Source: Auanema rhodensis (taxonomy: Eukaryota; Animalia; Nematoda). From it: a stretch of 64,000 bases of DNA. The notes under the pieces were generated by a model. The model saw only the letters and a list, made by a program, of their open reading frames with translations. It was not told the origin of the DNA and searched no databases. A program made the translations under genes and the position numbers. The stretch spans positions 13,144,001-13,208,000 of the forward strand of contig OZ059899.1 of assembly GCA_964057225.1 (NCBI GenBank), in the 5' to 3' direction. Shown here piece after piece: positions 30,807 through 46,175 of this stretch; positions within the stretch are counted from its first letter, which is position 1; each line of letters starts with the position of its first letter.

Positions 30807-30932
30807 CTGTAATGAGGGAAATTTTTTGACTGGAACAACTCCAGATTTACGTTGAATAGTCTGTTGTGGAGTTGTTGTAAGAAGAATTTTTTGATTTGAT
30901 GTAGTTAAATCGTTATTATCCGTTTCTACCAT
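30807..30932 (-). CDS. Probable first coding exon of the longest isoform
   Basis: TTTAACAG acceptor 8 nt before ATG 30932; 42 codons MVETDNNDLTTSNQKILLTTTPQQTIQRKSGVVPVKKFPSLQ; CAG|GTAATT donor. Confidence 0.55.
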
Positions 30933-31059
30933 AGTAATATCTGTTAAAATAAAATAATAAAAGATGAAGAGAAAACAATTTTTTTTTCTAAAAAATTTTA
31001 AGAAAAATTTGAATAAAAATAATATTTTCAACTCTAAAACAACAATATGTATTGAAAAT

Positions 31060-31106
<47 letters not shown>

Positions 31107-32089
31107 GGGAGAGATTGGGGGGGAGGGACGAGGAGGAAGAAAGGTAAAGATATAGAGGAAGAAAAGTAGAACTGAGATACGTGTGGACGTACTTGAAAAC
31201 GAAACGGAAGTAAAAATGTTTTTTTTTTGTTGTAAATTCAGTGAATTCATTAAAAAAGTTGTTCATGTATTAAAAGAAAAACATCCTTTTACATTCATTT
31301 TTGAATTGGAAAATTGAAAAATCTAATTCTTAAGCCATAACACGCAGTGAGATCTATTAGCTGCGAAAAAGTAATATTAAGAAAAGGGCATATGCAATTG
31401 GATTACTCAAGCAGATGAAGCAGTAGTAGCTGGAGATTGTGAAAAAGTAGAAGAACGAAGACGATGAAGTAGATGAAGAAGAAGATGTTAAATGGTTGGA
31501 GAGTAAGTGAGCAGAAACAGAATTATCTAGAGAGAAGAGATCTTTCTCTCTCTCTCTCTCTCTGTAGAGAAAATGACAGAGAGAGAGAGAGAGACTGAAA
31601 GAATATCAAAGAGAGAATAACATAGAAGAGATGGAAAAAGCGAATAGGAAAAGAGAGAGAGAAAGACACAAAAAGATGAAGTAAAGTTGAAAAATATGAT
31701 GCTGTTGAGGGGGGATTCATGAATTAGCTGGCAACAGTTCAAGGTTGAGAAGTCAACTTAACACCCGCATTCTCTATTGCTGGCTTCTTCTATTTTCTTT
31801 TGAAAAACATTATTTTAAAGAAATATGAGCTATTTGTCGATGTTTAAGTCGTACGTTCAGAAGGTGTTGAGAAAAATAACTTTAAGATTTTGAATATGAA
31901 CTACCACAGGAGAGTGTATAAGCTTGTTCATTGACATCTTGAACTTCTTTTCTCTTTTTTCGTCAAAATGTACTTCATATTTTGAATTTCAAGTTTCTAA
32001 ATTATCATAGAAAGATCGTTCAGATAATAGTCTATATTCACGTGAAAAAAGTTTAAAACATTTCAAATTAATAATTGTAGAAAGAGAGG

Positions 32090-32123
<34 letters not shown>

Positions 32124-32664
32124 AAGAGAGTGAAGGAAAACGAACAAACAAAGAAAGTTAGTTAAACCTCCTCCTCGAAATTATTTACATGTTAGGAATC
32201 TCTTTATTGCAGGTTTTATGAATAAAAAAACAATTTTTTCTTTTCGAAGCCTGTCTACTCCGTTAGAATCGGAGGTTAATCACGCAGCTAGTGAAAGAGA
32301 ACTGATGTCACTTTTATCGCCTGAGGCAATTTCTTCAGATTTTTCGAAAATTGATACCTTATTAAGTTAGGTTGTTGAAATGATTGAAGATAGGAATGCA
32401 TAGGAAAGATCAAAGAGAAGAAGCCGAAGAAACTTAAAGCTTGAAGAAGAACAAGAGTCAAATCCTAAGATGGCTATATGAGTAAACTTGAAAATGGAGA
32501 TTTGAGATTTAAATTGAGAATATCTTTAACAACGTGTCGACCAGGACAGAAGAATATAGGAGTTTATGAATAAGCAAAACAACAACTGCTATGCTTTGTA
32601 TATCAAAGCAATATTGAAATATCAAGGTATGACTGGAGTGATAGGAGTATAATGAGAGACACGT

Positions 32665-32706
<42 letters not shown>

Positions 32707-33191
32707 AGAGAGACAGCTTGAATCATATCATCATCACGTTTGTCATGCTGTTCTTCTACACACACAACAACTCATTTAGTTTTTCTTTTCTTTTTATCAA
32801 ACATACAGCAACGGATATCAAAATGAACTAAAATTCTGAGATAAATACATATGTCTTAATAGATTTTAAGCTTTACCTATTATTATATAAAATGATTATT
32901 AACTATGCTATATATACTATACTATATGATATAGTTAATATCAATGACTATGTTTGTTTCTAAATGTATACATGTACATGAATCTTTTAATGTTTTTCAA
33001 CACTTCTCTTGTTAAACTAATAAAACAAATTGTTAAAAGAAGATAGAAATGAAGAGAGTTTGAACAACTTAAGTTTTCAATACTTTCAGCTTGTAATCCA
33101 ATATCTGATAAAACTAATTAGATTCAATTAATTGATGATAGCTTGATTATTATTATTCTTTGTATAATATCAGAGAGAATCCATTGCAATA

Positions 33192-33241
<50 letters not shown>

Positions 33242-33400
33242 AAGGGAGAACTCACGTATATCAGTTCACTGACTTCGGAATGTAAAACATCTTATAGCAT
33301 GATACGATGATGTCTGCTTTGCACAGCAATATATTACAGAAAAGAAAACTTTAATTCAATTACAATCATGGATGTATGTCTCTTTGATAGAAGGTGGAAG

Positions 33401-33405
<5 letters not shown>

Positions 33406-33472
<67 letters not shown>
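33406..33472 (+). repeat. (AG)33 microsatellite
   Basis: Directly visible, ~75 bp upstream of the hairpin. Confidence 0.9.
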
Positions 33473-33476
<4 letters not shown>

Positions 33477-33545
33477 AGGGTGGGGTGAGAAAGAATGAGG
33501 ATGTAAAGGGAAGAAACCAAGAGAAGATAGATAAAGGAAGACGTT

Positions 33546-33615
33546 GTAACGGAGCCGTCGTCGTTGGTTCGTCCACACCCAAGTCATGGACGAACCGACG
33601 ACTGCCTCCAGTTGC
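33546..33615 (+). ncRNA. Candidate pre-miRNA hairpin
   Basis: 16 contiguous bp (33560-33575 with 33587-33602), 11-nt loop, extending to ~27 bp with small bulges. Three G-U pairs form on the + strand. No match to a mature miRNA I recognise. Confidence 0.45.
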
Positions 33616-33786
33616 TTGCTATTGCTGCTGCATGTTGAATTCGTTGAAAGTCATTGTTTCAGTTGAGTCTATTAGACATAGATGATTGTTACATGTCGTT
33701 GACTTCAGAGGACGATGTATTCATTGTATTGAAATGACATAGCAGCCAAGGTTCAGATTTGGATGTAATCTTGGCATAGCACACTC

Positions 33787-33829
<43 letters not shown>

Positions 33830-35151
33830 CGTTTGTATATATAGTTTGATCATTTATAGAGCATCTATTTTTCACCAAACGTCTACAATAAGCTTCTGAG
33901 GGTATACGTATGTCTAATAGATGTCTGCCCTTATGTGCCAATGTCTGTACATGTTGATGTCGTAATGATAATTCGAAAGATGTTTATATAAACTTTTATA
34001 TAAAATTTAAAATAAAATTGAACTTTCATAGTGAAAATGCATTAGAAAATACGAAAAAATACAACAAAAATCTACTCTTCATTGTTCACGGTGTGCGAAT
34101 GTGAAAGAAAAAGAAAAAAAATTGAAGGTTATTAAGCAAATTTTATACAACAACTTTCAATTTTTTTTTTGTTCGGAAACAATCTAATGAATATTTTGTT
34201 TTTATTTTGTTCGATACATATTATACATATAGTTAACTAATGTGTTATTATAGTTAGTAAAGAAGATAGTTAGGAAATAGGTAAAAAAAGAAATTTTGTT
34301 GTTTGATTAGAGTATAGAAAATCATTGTTTTATCTTTCATATGATGTGCACTTTTTGCTTATATTTCATACTTGACCGTTGAATGATTAGTTTATAAAGT
34401 TTTTCAAGTTTTACTTCATTCATGTACTTGTATCTATCGAAAAAGAGAAATTTGTTAATATTGAGAGAGAGAGGGAGAGAGAGAGAGAGAGAGAGAGATA
34501 TGGGGATTCAATGAGTGAATATAATACTCGAAATCTGAAATTATTTCATATTTAGAACTATTTTATATTTTTTTTAAAATAAGTACAAAGTAGAGAAGAG
34601 ATGTAGATATGTAGATATCTCACAAGTTTCTATTTTAATAAATAAAAATTAAATAAAACTAATAAAATAAATTAATATTTGAGATATAAGTAGATATTTG
34701 TAAATTGTATTTGAGATTTAATGAACAAAATTCTGATGAATTTAAGCATGTTAATCTTTGATTTCAATGATGTGAATAGCATTTTTAATATTTTTAAATC
34801 AAATATTATGCTAACTAGTAGAATGAATCTGGGAAGATTGAAGGGTTAAATTCTTTAAAAAAATAGAAAAACTTTGAAGAAAGTAGAGAGAGAGGAAAGG
34901 GAGAGAGAGAGAGAGAGGGGGGTGAGGCAGGATAGGAGGCGTTGAAAGGAGAGCAGATTTAAAATTGGAAGAAACGAAAAGCGAGATAGATGAAGCATCT
35001 TGAAATGTCGAGGAAATATAATTGGAGTAGATGGACTTATGTATTATGTCGACAACGCTTAGAGCTAGAGAATCAGGCATGTAAACGGATTTGAAGGGAA
35101 TGATATCCTCAATAGGAAAGATGTCTTTAAGAGGAGAAGAGAGGTTGAAAT

Positions 35152-35157
<6 letters not shown>

Positions 35158-35224
<67 letters not shown>
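35158..35224 (+). repeat. (AG)n microsatellite, ~33 units
   Basis: Directly visible. Confidence 0.9.
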
Positions 35225-35227
<3 letters not shown>

Positions 35228-36040
35228 TTGAGAAGATGAAGAATAGGCAGAGTCAATGAATTGAGGAGAAAGATGACAGATGTATATATACATATATATG
35301 AAATCAACGAATAACTGATTGTTGAAAATGGCTATTGCTCCATGTATAAGCTAGAAATTTTCTGTTTGAAATGAATTGTATTAATAGATAGATATTGTTT
35401 ATATAAGTTAGCTAACTATGTGAAAACTAATGAGTCAGACAGAGAGATAGACACATCCTACATCCCACATCTCACATCCTACATCTTCATATATGCATGT
35501 ATGTATGTGAATGTATGCAAAGTGCGAAAATAAAAGAAATAAGAATTTGATAGAGATAAAGAACGATGATGAGATGGTTGTTGAAAGATTGAATTCAGCG
35601 AAAAATAGTTAAAAGTATAGAAAAGACGGAAGAAAAAGCCGTAGTTGTAGCTGCATTAGAACATCCAGCAGCGGCAGTAGCAGTAGCAGCAACATCAGCA
35701 TAAGCATATAGTAGAGAGCACATTCGTTGATGACAACTGAGCTTTGAGACACGGTTCATGATGGCTAAGAAGAAGACATAGAGCAAAGGCAACGATCATG
35801 GTGATGATGATGACGACGACGACGACGACGACATCGAAATTGATGACGATGATGAGGATAAGAATAACGACGCGAGGGATGAGTTCAGGAAAAGGAAAAG
35901 GAAGAGACAAAATAAAACGAAAAACTACACAAAGTGCCGAATGGAAAGAAAAGAAAATAGAATTTACGTGAAATGTTCACGTGCATCTGTGTGTATGCAA
36001 ATTCATTTCTGAAAGTTTGATTGCGAAAGACGGTTGCGAT

Positions 36041-36134
<94 letters not shown>

Positions 36135-37667
36135 ATTTCTCTTCAAACTGTTACTCTCATGTACCTGCTATACGGATTAATTTATATTATAATGCTATAT
36201 GTATAATAAAACAAATTATATTCTAGTGTTTCTTTCTTTTATTTTTTTAAATTTTAATTTTATAATCTTGTGAAAGAGCAAAAATCTCTTAGAAATCTGA
36301 AACATATACAGAGAATAGTCAATGAGAGGGTAGAGAGGACGAGTGATCGGAGAAGGATCAGGAGGAAGATAACAAGCAAAAGGAAAAGGTAGACATTGAA
36401 AGAAGAGCAAAAAAGCGAATGAGGGGGGTAGGACAGAGAGTTCAACTCTCCATGTTCATAAATCGGGCAGACCAGATTCAAATAGAAATTTTTCTTCTTC
36501 TTCTTCTTCTTCTTCGAAAAAAAAAGTCTCAATAACATATTGTGACACAAAGTTTTGATGAGAAAGCTTATATTGAAATATAATTATATATATATATAGT
36601 AAATGGGATTAGACATAGTTATAAGTGAGAAAAGAAAAAAATATGAACTTGAACCTAAACAAAGAGAATAATTGGTCATTATGAATGGTTAAAAATAAGA
36701 AATTTGTAAAAAAGGAAAGATTTAGAAGAGAGACAGAGAGGGAGAAGGAGAGAAAGAGAGAGAGAGAGGGGGAGGGAGAAAGAGAGAGAAAGAGAGAGAG
36801 GGATGAAGAGGAGGATTTATGAAAAAGCTAAAGATAATTAGGTGCGAGAGAACATGAATCGAAAAAAAAAAAGAAGTAAGAAGGTAAAAAAAATGAAACA
36901 AGGGAGAATATGTTTAGAAGAGAGAGAGAGAGAGAGAGAGAGAGAAGGAAATTAACAAGGAAAAAGATAGATACAGTGTGTATAGAAACGTATAATAGAA
37001 AGTATGAATAACAAAATAAATTAAATTTAGAAAAACATAGAATGATATAGATGCATGCATATAGTATTCACCTATACATATAGCAGTTTTTAAGTTTATT
37101 TTTCAAAATTTCTCAGAAATGAAATTACAAACGTTCATTGTTTCCCAGTGATGGTTAAAGAAAAATTTAATGAGTTCGGATATACGTAAATGCTGATTTT
37201 TCAATGTTGGCTATGAAAATAGCTTAATATATAATTCAGACGAATGTCCGGGATTTGCCAATTAGCGAATAAAACTCTCATGAGAGATGTGTACAAAGGA
37301 AAATCGGAGGTCGAATTCGTTTAAAATGGATGATGGCATCTTATTGAACTATATTTCGTTTGACGAGTATCAAAGAGTATAAGCTTAAGCTTTAGAGAGT
37401 TTTTGAACAAAAAAATTGAGAAAGAGAGAGAGAGAGAGAAAGACCCAGCATATGCATGCTCGAAAGAGATTGTTGTTACGAAGAGAAAAGCCATCAAAGA
37501 GAGATTATTTGTAAGTTATAATAAGCTTATTTAACTGTGCTATCATTTGAGATGCACAAAACAACAGAAAATTAGAAAATAACTCAAAATATAGACGTAA
37601 AGAGAAATAATGAGGGTGAGAAACGATATACATATAGAAAGAGAGATAGAACTCTCTGTCAAAAACC

Positions 37668-37723
<56 letters not shown>

Positions 37724-38749
37724 TATCTTTTTTCATTCAAAATTGTTCAGAAAATCATTAAATTCTTCATAATGTTATGATGAAGCTCTGATTTTACATT
37801 GTAATAGCAGTAGATAAGTGATTAAAATTTTTGTGAAAGAAGAACACGAGCATTAATCAAAACGACAATTTTAAAATTCTGATAGAACAATAGTAACTTC
37901 AGCGATCATGAGGGCAAGTACGAGGCATAGAGAGAAGAACTATTAGAGAAAGAGAGAATAAGAGAGAGAGAGAGAAAGAGAGAAACAGACAAAGATAGAG
38001 AGAGAGAAAGATAAAGAGGAAGAGAGAGAAAGAAAGTGGAATTTAACTGAAAGTTGAAACAAAGTAAAGTCAATTATAGTTTTTCTTTGAATTGAAATAG
38101 AATAATATAAGACAACTAAACTGAATTCAGAGATCAAATCATGTTTGTCTTCACTGTCCTTAGTATTTTACGTAAAAACATCAGATCATAATCTCATTTT
38201 GAAACATGCAGACTGATCTTAAGCTCAATCATCGTTTTCATTGCTCCAGGATATTGCAGCATCGGTCAACGTGAACGAGATGAGAATCTATGCTTCTATA
38301 TGATATTTCACACATTTCTTGTTCATTTCAATAGTTAACTATATATGAATAGTTAGTGAAATAGTAATAGAACATTAAGTAAAATCTACTACGATTTGTT
38401 TGATATGATGGAAAGAATTTGTGATTGTTTCTATATAATTAAGTTGAAGCTTGAAGCTTAAGTTGGTTGTATATGAAAATATACTGTTAAGTTGTATAGT
38501 TTATATAGTATATAGTATGTTATAAATACAAATAAAATCTTCTTTTTTTTTGATTTTTTAAATATTATTATAATAAAAAAGTAAAAAGAGTTACAATAAT
38601 AGATAGATGGAAATTATAAAATTCAGCGAATCATGCTTATAAATTCAAATAAATTTCATGAGATATGAGTAGCATATAATCAGGAAGTAGACAATATTTT
38701 CAAAGATAAAGAGAGAGAAAGAGAATAAAGGGAAGATAAGTAGAGAGGA

Positions 38750-38780
<31 letters not shown>

Positions 38781-39626
38781 GACAGAGAGAGAGACAGAGA
38801 GAGACAGAGAGAGAGAGACAGAGAGAGAGAGAGAAATTGACCAACCAACCATTCTTCATGTTGCAATCAGTGAAAATGAATCTCTTCAGTTTTCACGTAA
38901 AGTAGTGGTTTTTCATGTGAGATGTCGCAAACACCAAAGTGAGTTGTTCATGTTGGATGTAGTAGTCGGTCAGAAATAAATGTAAATTTATGTTTTGAAA
39001 TTAAATATTTTTATTTTCAATTTTCTTTGTTTTTTTAAAGATAAAATGAAGATTTTAAATGAAAAAGCAGAATACGATTGATAAAATACGGAGATGAAGC
39101 AGAAGCAGAAGCAGAAGACAACGTTGAAGAAGAGTATGGGTGAAGGGGTAGTAGAGAGGAAGTAGCAGAAGACCATGAAGATAAAGATGAATCAAAGATA
39201 GAAAATCATTAAAATAAAAGGAAACAAATGAGAAAAAGTGAAGAAGAAAAAACGATGAGAAAGAATTAATAGAAATTTCAACGAATGCGCAACAAATGGC
39301 AGAATCTGCATTTTCTTCAGATTTTTCACGATAATGTTCAGAATTCTCAAGACATCATAGATCTAGGGAACCAGCTGACCATGTTATATAACAGATTATT
39401 TCCGTTTCACTACATAACGTTAAAGAATGGTGAAATAAATAAAAAATGGATGAAGTTTTAAGAAAAAAATTTTTTTAATAATAATTAAAAAAAATTTTTC
39501 AATTTTTTTTTAAAAATATAAATAAATATTTAAAAAAGAATTATTATTTTTATTTTAAATTACATCATAAACATTATTATTATTATTATTAATTTCAGCA
39601 TTACTTCTACATATCAGAGTTTTCAA

Positions 39627-42243
39627 TTAGACTTTACTCGCTAAGCTTTGTTGCTGCTGCTGTTGCTGTTGCTGCTGCTGTCCATTAAACTCCTTTTCAT
39701 CTGAAACTTTGTTCAAAATTAAATATTCTGAAGTATTATTGTTCAGAATGTTCTTAATGATTCGATGCTTTATTCAGCAATGTCTCAGCAGCAACTCTAA
39801 CTTACCTCGAAAGCGGACGCTTGACATGGGCCGGCTTGATGGCAACGTTGGAGATTTTACAATCTGATAAAAACAAATTATTTTTCTCGTTATTTCTCTT
39901 TAAATTTGAATAATTTGAACATATATATATAGTTATAATAGTTAGTAAAATATTAATAAACATGTAGTATATTACCGCTGGAAAAACAGTCTGAATTCGA
40001 GACGTAGATCGCGATACTGAACGACTCCCCTCACTAAAATGAGCAAACAATAAGTTTTTTAGTTTTGTCTTCATATAACTATCATTAGAAATGAAATAAT
40101 TAGAATATATATTAATAACTATACTAATTATATAGAAATAATATACTTCATATAGTTATAATAATTATATTTTTAAATTTGAAGAAGCATACATAGCCAT
40201 AAGTTCGAGCTTTTCCTTTTTTCGTAGAATGAATTCACGTTGACGTCGTTTACCATCCATATAGCACCTGAAATCCAAGAAAAAACATCAAGTTCTAATA
40301 GAATAAGATATAAAGAGATATATGTGTATAGTATAAAATATAATTTATACCATATAAATATAAATGTTATAGCTAAGATAATAGCTACTGTTGATAGTAT
40401 TCCAGTCATCCATTTCAATGCTATTTCTTCACTTCGTTCTACAATATTATTATTATTATTATTTATACTATATATGTATAGTTAAGTTTAAATGTATAGT
40501 TTAAATTTTAGAATATTTAAAATTCCAAACCTCGACACCATGGCCACCATCCTGGTGTCCAAGAGCCATTTATACATGTCCTAAATTCAAACGATTTTCA
40601 ATTCAATTTCACTGAACACTTGATGGCATTTCTTCAAAATTCAAACCTTTGCTGATCACCATGCAGAAAATATTCTGGTTTGCAAGTAAATGTAACAGTT
40701 ATTCCATGTAAATAGTTATTTCCCATCGGATATTTGATAACTCCTCGATTTTTCGTTAAAGGACCACATGATTGGACTAGAAAATGAAATAATTATATTG
40801 TGATGAGATGATTAGCAGCAATAGCTCTATAAACACAGAACTATATCAATTCTTGAATCTCATGAGAGATATTCTTCTGATTTGCTTTGCATAGGGGGGG
40901 GGGGGAGAGGGAGTGTGGAGTGGGCGATGAATAGTAATGATGGCTGTGGTGTGTTGTTGTTCAAGCTTACGTTTTACTTCTCCTTTCGTTTTGCGTGATT
41001 CGAATTTTCGTTCGTAATCCAGCGTGTCTAAGGCATCTTCACGACGTCCAGTCATCATGAAATCAAATTCACAGGCTGGAACACCTTGGCACATCACCTA
41101 GAAGTAGTTGAGAAGTAACTGATGTATATCTATATACCTACCTTAACTTCTTCTCGACTGAATACTAAACTTTCCCATGTGCTATAGTTGGAATGGGTCC
41201 AAGGATCAAATACAGGAAGATATCGTGGATCAGCGAAGCTAGAATATCAGATAAATGCTTGAATATAAAGATTCGTCTTATCATCTTACCTTAAAGGATC
41301 ATTTATTGGCTTATGCTCAGATTGAAAAAGGGATGGAATGTGAAGGTTACGATCTAATCTCCCTGTAAATTATTAGAAAATTGAGCAGAAGCCGTGATTG
41401 TGATTCCTTTAAATCTTACATCGTTCACCAAACTCAAAATACACATTTCGTGAATCCATCTCTGATTGTGGATATAGCGATCGAATTTCCATACAATCGG
41501 GAGTTGTTAGATCATCCCAAGGATCTCCATTATAGGTTCCTAAACATCAGATGGTTATCAGATAAGCGCTAATACACCAGTTAATCTTTTGGATTAACGT
41601 ATCCTAACCTAATAATCCAATTGTTCGGAAATGTGTGGCACATTTACCAAAGCCATTTGCATGAAGAGGACGTTCAGTAGTTGTTTGCCAAAAGAATGGA
41701 GTATCTTGAGGTGGATCCCATGCTCTCTGAATCTCATTATATCTCAGATTACTGTAATGCTGAATCAAACCACATCCGTCTCATTGTATGAAGATGGTAA
41801 GCTGAGCATAAGGTTAAGTAAGCCTCGACTTTCTTCAATTCGCAAGCCAACTCCCGTAGAAAACATGATTTCTATTTCAGATTGATTCATATTTCTTGGA
41901 GGAGATCTGATTGTGACACCTAGAGAAGGAAAAAGATATAGAAGACAGTTGAATTCTGTTTTTTGTTCACAAACCATTGAAGTTTTGAACTTTTTTCCAT
42001 GGCATATCAAAGAATATTCGGATTCCATCAACATAAATATCTGTTTTGTATCTCCATCGACGATGATCTTTACGAGCAAATACCTCAAAATTTTTATTTT
42101 TTTTCTTAAAATCAACAACTTTGACCAACTTGAACAACAGCTGATTGGTTATCACGTGCAGCAACTCCGGTAATAATTGTTGATCGAACTTTCTCTTCCC
42201 CTACAACATCATAACTTACACATGCTATCTCTTTCTTTTTCTC

Positions 42244-42297
<54 letters not shown>

Positions 42298-44564
42298 CTT
42301 CTCGTTGTTACTCACAAATTGTTTCTGCCGGCTGTTCCATTCGTGCTTGAACCATCAGGTTATGCCTTGGTGACTTCATCATAGCTAAAACGTAATATCC
42401 TTTTCCATGAAATGAGTAGCGTGCTCCATCAAATGTCACAAAATGATTTTCACCATACACATATCCTGAATATGCTTCATCGTGTACATACAACAATCTC
42501 ATCTTGAGGTACCGATTGATGGTGGCTGATACTCCTGACAAGTTGATGTCTGACGACGCCAGAAGTAAAATTCACAATGTCCAGCCCATTTACAACAGAA
42601 TTCATATGGCAATAGATCATTATAGAAGTTTGATAATGACGGTACATAAGGCGGCCGCTTATACGGTAATGCGCCAAACGGATGAGCTCTGAATGAGAGA
42701 AGCAGACTTAGATGGATTAGGTTCAATACAAAGATCTCTAATGGGAATGTGATTCATACATGTATGTACTACTTGTCCTTTTCAATTATCTTACCTGTAC
42801 GGCACTCCTGCTGAGAAGAAGCGTAGATACTGATCATTATACTCGAAATCGTCACTGAACATAAGCCAGCCTTCATAGTCATAGCAACAGGTCTGTCCGG
42901 AGCCCGTCCATCTAAACATGTGAGATGCAAAAAACTTATGGAATTATGATGATTATGAAACATACACACTGGCTGATGATAGAATACAATGCTGAGCACC
43001 CTGATTGTAGTGACAAGTGTGATCTCCGAACATATCACAATCTGGTAAAGCTGTAAATCGTCCAAAATCGAGTAATGCTTGATCCAATGTACATGGACAT
43101 GGAACTGAAATGTTTAATATGCATCTATATTTGCAACTTGAGCAAAGCTTTACTTTTAGGTTCAAGTTCCATGACGAAGTTCTCTCTACGTCCATCATAG
43201 TCAAACCAATGTTGACACATCTACAATGATTCCAACTACCGTAATACTCAAAACTTGTGTATATCTCACCGTTAATGCCCAAAGCTTTCCATATTCATAT
43301 TGCCATTTACGATGAAAGAACCAACCAAAAGGAATAGGTGATGACCAATGAATTCTAAGATTATTTCCTTCAGAGGAGAACCAAGTTCAAGTTTAATGAT
43401 CTATACCTGTCTCCTCGATCATCAAGCCAAGCATCAGTGGCTCTAACTTGAATCACCCCACCATGATAGAACCTCCAAGCATCTAGGTCCCCTTCCAAAT
43501 CAAACTGAAGAATATCATAATGTTGTAAACAAACTTGGAAAAACTCTAATTACCTGTAATGTATTGGGAGAAAATGATAAGATTCCATTATTAGGATGAC
43601 GTCTAGCTAGATATCCAATCTATAATGAATGAGCATCAACTGAATATAGTAGAAGTAGTAGTTAAAACCTGTTTGAATGAATGACCTTCTGTATCTTCCC
43701 AATATCCCCATAAAGCTATATCAACAGCTGTATTAGGATTTGCCGTAATATTCTCCCATTCCCATGATAACGTTAAATTCTTCAAAATAATTATCAAATA
43801 TTTGAATGAAATATCTTATCTAACCTGTGGATCAAAGAAATGCCAATTATTCATTGGCTCTCTTGGATCATTTATAAGATTAACACGACGACGTGATAAT
43901 CCAGGTTGTACTAGAGTATTTAGAATATTAGCATATTCGAGCATTAATGTTTCAACTTACTTATATAAAACTTTGTCCACCATGGATAATTCTTTCCACC
44001 ATCAACAGACATCTTTAGATCTATTAAGCCTATTTTGAAAACGCTATTAACAGGTATAACACATCGAGCTATAACCATATCTAACTATAAATATTTTATA
44101 ATTTAAATATTCAATTTTTTAGTTTACTCGTTCACAATCTAATGTTATTTCATCAAATTGAAGCTTTATGATGTCTGTTGGTCGTAGACATGGACCAGAA
44201 ATATTTAAAGCAAATCCACCAAGCATATTACCGTACTGTTGAGAAGTTTCTAATGTTCCTTAAATGTAAATACATAGTATATTAGTTCATTCACATATAG
44301 TTAGCTTTCAATCATCAAATGTATTCAGAATATACCTCGACTGTCGTTGTTGCATCCGCCGTATTGAATTTGCTCATCGACACGAGCAAGCCATCTTCCA
44401 GCAATTTGAGTTGATCCAAATCTCACCAGCTTATATGAATCACCTTCTGCTGAGAACGGAAGAGAATAGAAACCAGTGCCATTTCCTCCGTTGAATCCAA
44501 CCTACAGGATTATGTGAAAAATAGTTGATTACCCTTCCTATCCCTCTCTCTCTCTCTCTTTTTT

Positions 44565-44635
<71 letters not shown>

Positions 44636-46175
44636 CAATTTCATACCAGAGCGCTCTGCTTTCCTCCTCGACCTCGCGTTAATGCACCACTCTGAGATGA
44701 TGATGTCCAGTTAATATTAGCATAGTTAAACATGCAGTATGTACGAATTTCATCAGTTGCTAGAACCATTTGATATGTGTTTTGCTGAAAAGAAAGCAAT
44801 GCTTCAGCTTTCAAACGATGTGCATAAGGATTACCCATCGTTTCGCCTGCTCATACTTGCTCATATCCGTTATTTTCGGAGCTCCACCATAGCTCATACG
44901 TTCCCAAGTTACAATCAAAGCATAATCAGCTTTCCAACCTCGTGCTCCAACCATTGAATGACGTACATCTCTGTTAGAAAATACTGTCTGTCATCCATTA
45001 GATTATTGAATTTCCAACTAAAAACCTTGTAATACGATCTAACATTTCCGGATCTTCTAATCGTCCTTGTTGTGTTTTTAACTGTCTACCTCGGTACGTT
45101 CGATAAAACCTATGAAAGAGATGAGAAGAATAGAGAGAAATTGGATAGAAAACCTAGGATCGTCATAACTGTATACTCCAAGTGGTTGTTGTAAGCTCGG
45201 CTCACGACTCTCATCAACAAAATCTGTTTGAAGATTATTATATCCGATAAGGTTTGTTGGTCTACAAATTAAAAATATGCTAATTTCTGAGTTATAACAT
45301 GAGAAAACCTTTCAATAACTCGAAACCAAACATTACTAATACGTGTATCTCCAACATGTTGCATCTGTTGTTCGGCCATAAATACCTAAAGGAAAGGAAG
45401 TTTTCGGAATAATAGCTTTGAAACAAGAGATCAAAGCTGTACAACTTACAGCTACTAAGCTAGGATCCGGCTTTTTCGGCCAATGAGGATTTGGAAATGT
45501 GTATGGTGGTTGAATGAACCATGGATATGAGAAAGCTACAAATCCTTCTTGAAAAATCTGAAATATAAGTAATATAAATACAGTAACTATATGCATATTA
45601 TTCATACAAATGTATAATTAAATCGAAAACCATAGTATGGTAGAAAGAATTCCAAATCAATTTGCTTATCCATCCATGGTCTATGTGATAATTCATCATC
45701 AAAGTATCGTTCACCAAAAGGATACAGATGCCACCAGCCTGAACATACAAATAAAGTTGGAACATCAAGCTTTATGTTTTTCTTTTGAACCTTCTTCTGT
45801 ACGTCGATCAATCTTTGTCCAATCAAGTTCACGTAGATTCTGATGAGTTATACGAGGTGATTGATTCGATGAGATAGCAAAAATATCTTTCGAAGCATGA
45901 ACACCTTAAGAAATTTCATAAAAAGGAGAATAAGCTTAGCTAACAAACCAGGTTGTTGCACATTCGTTACAGTATTCAAGAAAAATAGTTGACTACTTGT
46001 TAAAGGTTCAATAGCTTTTGGAGGAAGTGCTGAATTCTTATTGCTCAATGAGCCAGCAAGCTGAGCATTACATAATGAATATGATACATATACAAACTGT
46101 ATAAGGTTTATTGATAAAAATCTGAAAAACAAAAAAAAAGAAATGACAAGTTGGATGGAAATAAGCTTACCGCAT
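39627..46175 (-). CDS. mesh: Mesh / SUSD2-family type I membrane protein (signal peptide-NIDO-IPT/TIG-AMOP-VWD-Sushi-TM-cytoplasmic tail)
   Basis: Roughly 30 or more short GT-AG exons; terminal and several internal junctions were phase-checked by hand. Signal peptide [21 protein letters not shown] (5-nt first coding exon 46175-46171). NIDO: [48 protein letters not shown]: [41 protein letters not shown]: [24 protein letters not shown]. Sushi: [31 protein letters not shown]: [22 protein letters not shown]. Ends Q11-SLASKV*. Confidence 0.93.
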
